From: Candidatus Muiribacteriota bacterium
GTDB taxonomy: Bacteria; Muiribacteriota; Muiribacteriia; Muiribacteriales; Muiribacteriaceae
DNA: 19,459 nt
NCBI GenBank assembly: GCA_051747805.1
Contig: JBNJGP010000014.1
Location: 20,269 to 39,727, forward strand
Reading direction: 5' to 3'
The position numbers and the translations under genes are program-made. The notes under the pieces are model-generated. The model was not told the origin of the DNA, did not search any database, and was given only the letters and a program-made list of their open reading frames with translations. Positions 17,445 through 19,459 of this stretch are shown piece by piece. The number at the start of each line of letters is the position of its first letter. Positions within the stretch are counted from its first letter, which is position 1.

Positions 17445-19104
17445 AAAAACCCTAAATTATTATGAAAAAAATGCTCAGGAAATATACAACCGTTATACCA
17501 GCATAAAAGGTGGAATATCAAACTATTTTTCAGAAGTATTTAAAAAACCATCAACAATACTAGATATCGGGGCGGGTTCCTGCCGTGATATGTTAAGACT
17601 GCAAAAACAAGGTCATAACTCCTATGGAATCGAACCCTCAGAGAATCTGAGAGCATTAGCCATAAAAAACAACCCTGAACTCGAAAAAAAATTAAAACCC
17701 GGAAAACTCCCTCTCAAGGATAATTTATTCAATATAAAATTTGATGCAGTAATATGCTCGGCAGTACTCATGCATATACCAAAAGAAGAACTATTTGATT
17801 CAATATTTTCAATAAAAAAATACCTTAAAGAAAATGGATTACTTTTATTATCAATCCCAGATAAACGACCAGATATAAATGAAAATTCAAGAGATAATAA
17901 AGAAAGATTATTTAATAACCTTGAAAGCAGCTATCTTGAACTGCTTTTAAAAAGAGCAGGGTTTTCAAAACAGAAAGAATGGAAAAACCCCGATAGTATG
18001 GGGAGGGATGAAGTCACCTGGCTGACGATGCTTTTTAAACTTGAAAACTCTGACAAAATTCGATCTATTGACAAAATTGAAAGCGTTTTAAATAAAGATA
18101 AAAAAACAGCAACATATAAACTTGCACTATTTCGAGCTTTGTGTGATATATCCTATCAGAATATAAATCATGTTGTATGGTTTCAAGATGATAAAGTCGG
18201 TATATATATTGATGATATAGTCGAAAAATGGATAATTTATTACTGGCCTTTAATAGAAAATAAAGAATTGATTCCACAAATAAGAGGAGAGATGGAAAAA
18301 AACTCAAAACCAATAGCATTTAGAGCTGATATGCAAAAACTCATTGAATATTATAAAACTAATGGTGGATTATCAGGTTTTTTCAATGATTTTAAAAGTA
18401 ATAAACTCTCCAAAGATTGCAGTTTGATATTAAAAAATTTAAATAAAATATTAAAAAAGACAATAATCAAAGGCCCTGTACAGTATGCAGGTGGATTTTT
18501 AAACGAAAATATATTTGAGTATGATAAAAAGCATAAAATGGTAATAATGCATAAAAATCTCTGGTTTGAAATATCACTCATGAATCACTGGATACATGAT
18601 TCATTAATAATAAAATGGGCGCAGCTGACCTCGGATATTTCACGTCAGAAATATAAACCAAGTGAAATAGTTGATCTGCTTCTTGAAATCCCTAATGAAA
18701 AAAGAGATGTTCAGGAAGTAAAAAATATAATATCAGAGCAGAAAAATATAATCTGTGTATGGAGCCGAAAAACTATAAAAAAATATGATATTGATCATAT
18801 GATACCCTTTTCTTTATGGAAAAATAATGATTTATGGAACTTACTTCCGGCAAGACCAGATATAAATCACAGAAAAAGAGATAAACTGCCTACAAACAGA
18901 TTACTTTTGAAAAATAAAGAGATAATCATTAATTACTGGGAGCTATATAAAAAATTAAATCCGATGCGATTTCAATATGAAGCGCAGAGAATATCAGGAA
19001 ATAATTTCAGAAAAAATAACTGGGAAAATGCTCTTTTTTCAACTGTAGTTGAAGCAATAGAGATAACATCAGTTCAAAGAGGTTATCCAAGGTGGGAACC
19101 ATAA
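17437..19104 (+). CDS. Class I SAM-dependent methyltransferase fused to a C-terminal HNH endonuclease
   Basis: N-terminal LDIGAGSCRD, GIEPS and FDAVICSAVLMHI. Middle domain KTATYKLALFRAL. C-terminal CVWS...IDHMIPFS...NDLWNL.....N..K.DKLP (HNH). 8-nt overlap with the HAD gene. Confidence 0.88.
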   Translation: MDKKTLNYYEKNAQEIYNRYTSIKGGISNYFSEVFKKPSTILDIGAGSCRDMLRLQKQGHNSYGIEPSENLRALAIKNNPELEKKLKPGKLPLKDNLFNIKFDAVICSAVLMHIPKEELFDSIFSIKKYLKENGLLLLSIPDKRPDINENSRDNKERLFNNLESSYLELLLKRAGFSKQKEWKNPDSMGRDEVTWLTMLFKLENSDKIRSIDKIESVLNKDKKTATYKLALFRALCDISYQNINHVVWFQDDKVGIYIDDIVEKWIIYYWPLIENKELIPQIRGEMEKNSKPIAFRADMQKLIEYYKTNGGLSGFFNDFKSNKLSKDCSLILKNLNKILKKTIIKGPVQYAGGFLNENIFEYDKKHKMVIMHKNLWFEISLMNHWIHDSLIIKWAQLTSDISRQKYKPSEIVDLLLEIPNEKRDVQEVKNIISEQKNIICVWSRKTIKKYDIDHMIPFSLWKNNDLWNLLPARPDINHRKRDKLPTNRLLLKNKEIIINYWELYKKLNPMRFQYEAQRISGNNFRKNNWENALFSTVVEAIEITSVQRGYPRWEP

Positions 19105-19106
19105 AA

Positions 19107-19210
19107 AAGTTATTATTTGTTTTCAACAAACAAGTAAATAATGCTAGGCATTAAGTAAATGCTTAAACTTCGTTTAAGCAAGTAAATGTTTGCAAAGCAA
19201 ACAAGTCATA
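19107..19210. repeat. Array of four different triloop hairpins joined by a constant AAGTAAAT linker
   Basis: Linkers at 19107 (AAGTTATT), 19132, 19153, 19180 (all AAGTAAAT) and 19203 (AAGTCATA). Hairpins TTTGTT-TTC-AACAAA, TAATGC-TAG-GCATTA, TGCTTAAAC-TTC-GTTTAAGCA, TGTTTGC-AAA-GCAAACA. Confidence 0.9.
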
Positions 19211-19311
19211 ATAAAAAGCTCATAAGACTCTTACTTGTCAAAGATAATAAAAAATAGTTGGAAACAGAATGGGGTCTGTGCCGATCTTTAATAAAAATAG
19301 TTTTTCTTCCA

Positions 19312-19346
19312 TCATTTTTCATCCTTCATTTTTAATTTTTCATTTT
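19312..19346. repeat. Heptamer tandem repeat, consensus TCATTTT x5
   Basis: TCATTTT TCATCCT TCATTTT TAATTTT TCATTTT. Confidence 0.8.
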
Positions 19347-19407
19347 TTGCAAAAAAACTTTCAATTTATAATCTGAATTGATAATTGTTGCTTGCCCCCA
19401 TTTCTTT

Positions 19408-19436
19408 TTGACATTAATAATTATGATTGTTATATT
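19408..19436 (+). promoter_or_regulatory. Near-consensus sigma70 promoter firing out of the window
   Basis: TTGACA (19408-19413), 17-bp spacer, extended -10 TG-T-TATATT (19428-19436). Predicted +1 at about 19443-19444. Confidence 0.75.
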
Positions 19437-19443
19437 TATTTTA

Positions 19444-19459
19444 ATAACTTGAGTTTAGC
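19444..19459 (+). promoter_or_regulatory. 16-bp motif ATAACTTGAGTTTAGC, copy 2 (may extend past window end)
   Basis: Identical to 7470-7485 and begins at the predicted transcription start. Confidence 0.5.

Noticed and set aside
4777..18581. Short antisense or alternate-frame ORFs in the track (e.g. 4777..5106, 6471..6737, 9680..9942, 10897..11154, 15761..16087, 17059..17350, 18065..18581)
   Set aside because: All overlap well-supported genes and lack motifs or RBS support.
17437..19104. Cas9/IscB or type II R-M assignment for the HNH protein
   Set aside because: No RuvC motifs or bridge helix are recognisable, and there is no DNA-methyltransferase catalytic motif.
19107..19210. CRISPR array interpretation of the hairpin array
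   Set aside because: The constant part is only 8 bp, the variable parts are short and self-complementary, and there are no cas genes in the window.

Overview
AT-rich bacterial chromosomal window. On the minus strand, a >1,070-aa surface/membrane protein gene (3217 to beyond position 1; absent from the ORF track because its stop lies outside the window) encodes a signal peptide, Ig-like domains, one TM helix and an acidic tail built from perfect 72-bp repeats. Plus-strand genes, in order: guaB, purA, a radical SAM gene separated from a 65-aa upstream ORF by one in-frame TAA, then a tightly coupled run of lipoprotein-cheR-cheA-cheB-cheY-cheX-radical SAM-EndoQ-like PHP nuclease, then HU with its terminator, then Nudix, HAD-IIA and a SAM-methyltransferase/HNH fusion (candidate defence gene). 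The most unusual part is the last ~355 bp. It holds four different triloop hairpins joined by a constant AAGTAAAT linker, a heptamer repeat tract and a near-consensus sigma70 promoter. The promoter's predicted +1 falls on a 16-bp semi-palindromic motif that also occurs upstream of the chemotaxis operon. I found no rRNA, tRNA, CRISPR array or transposase/integrase. All family assignments come from manual motif recognition, not database searches.
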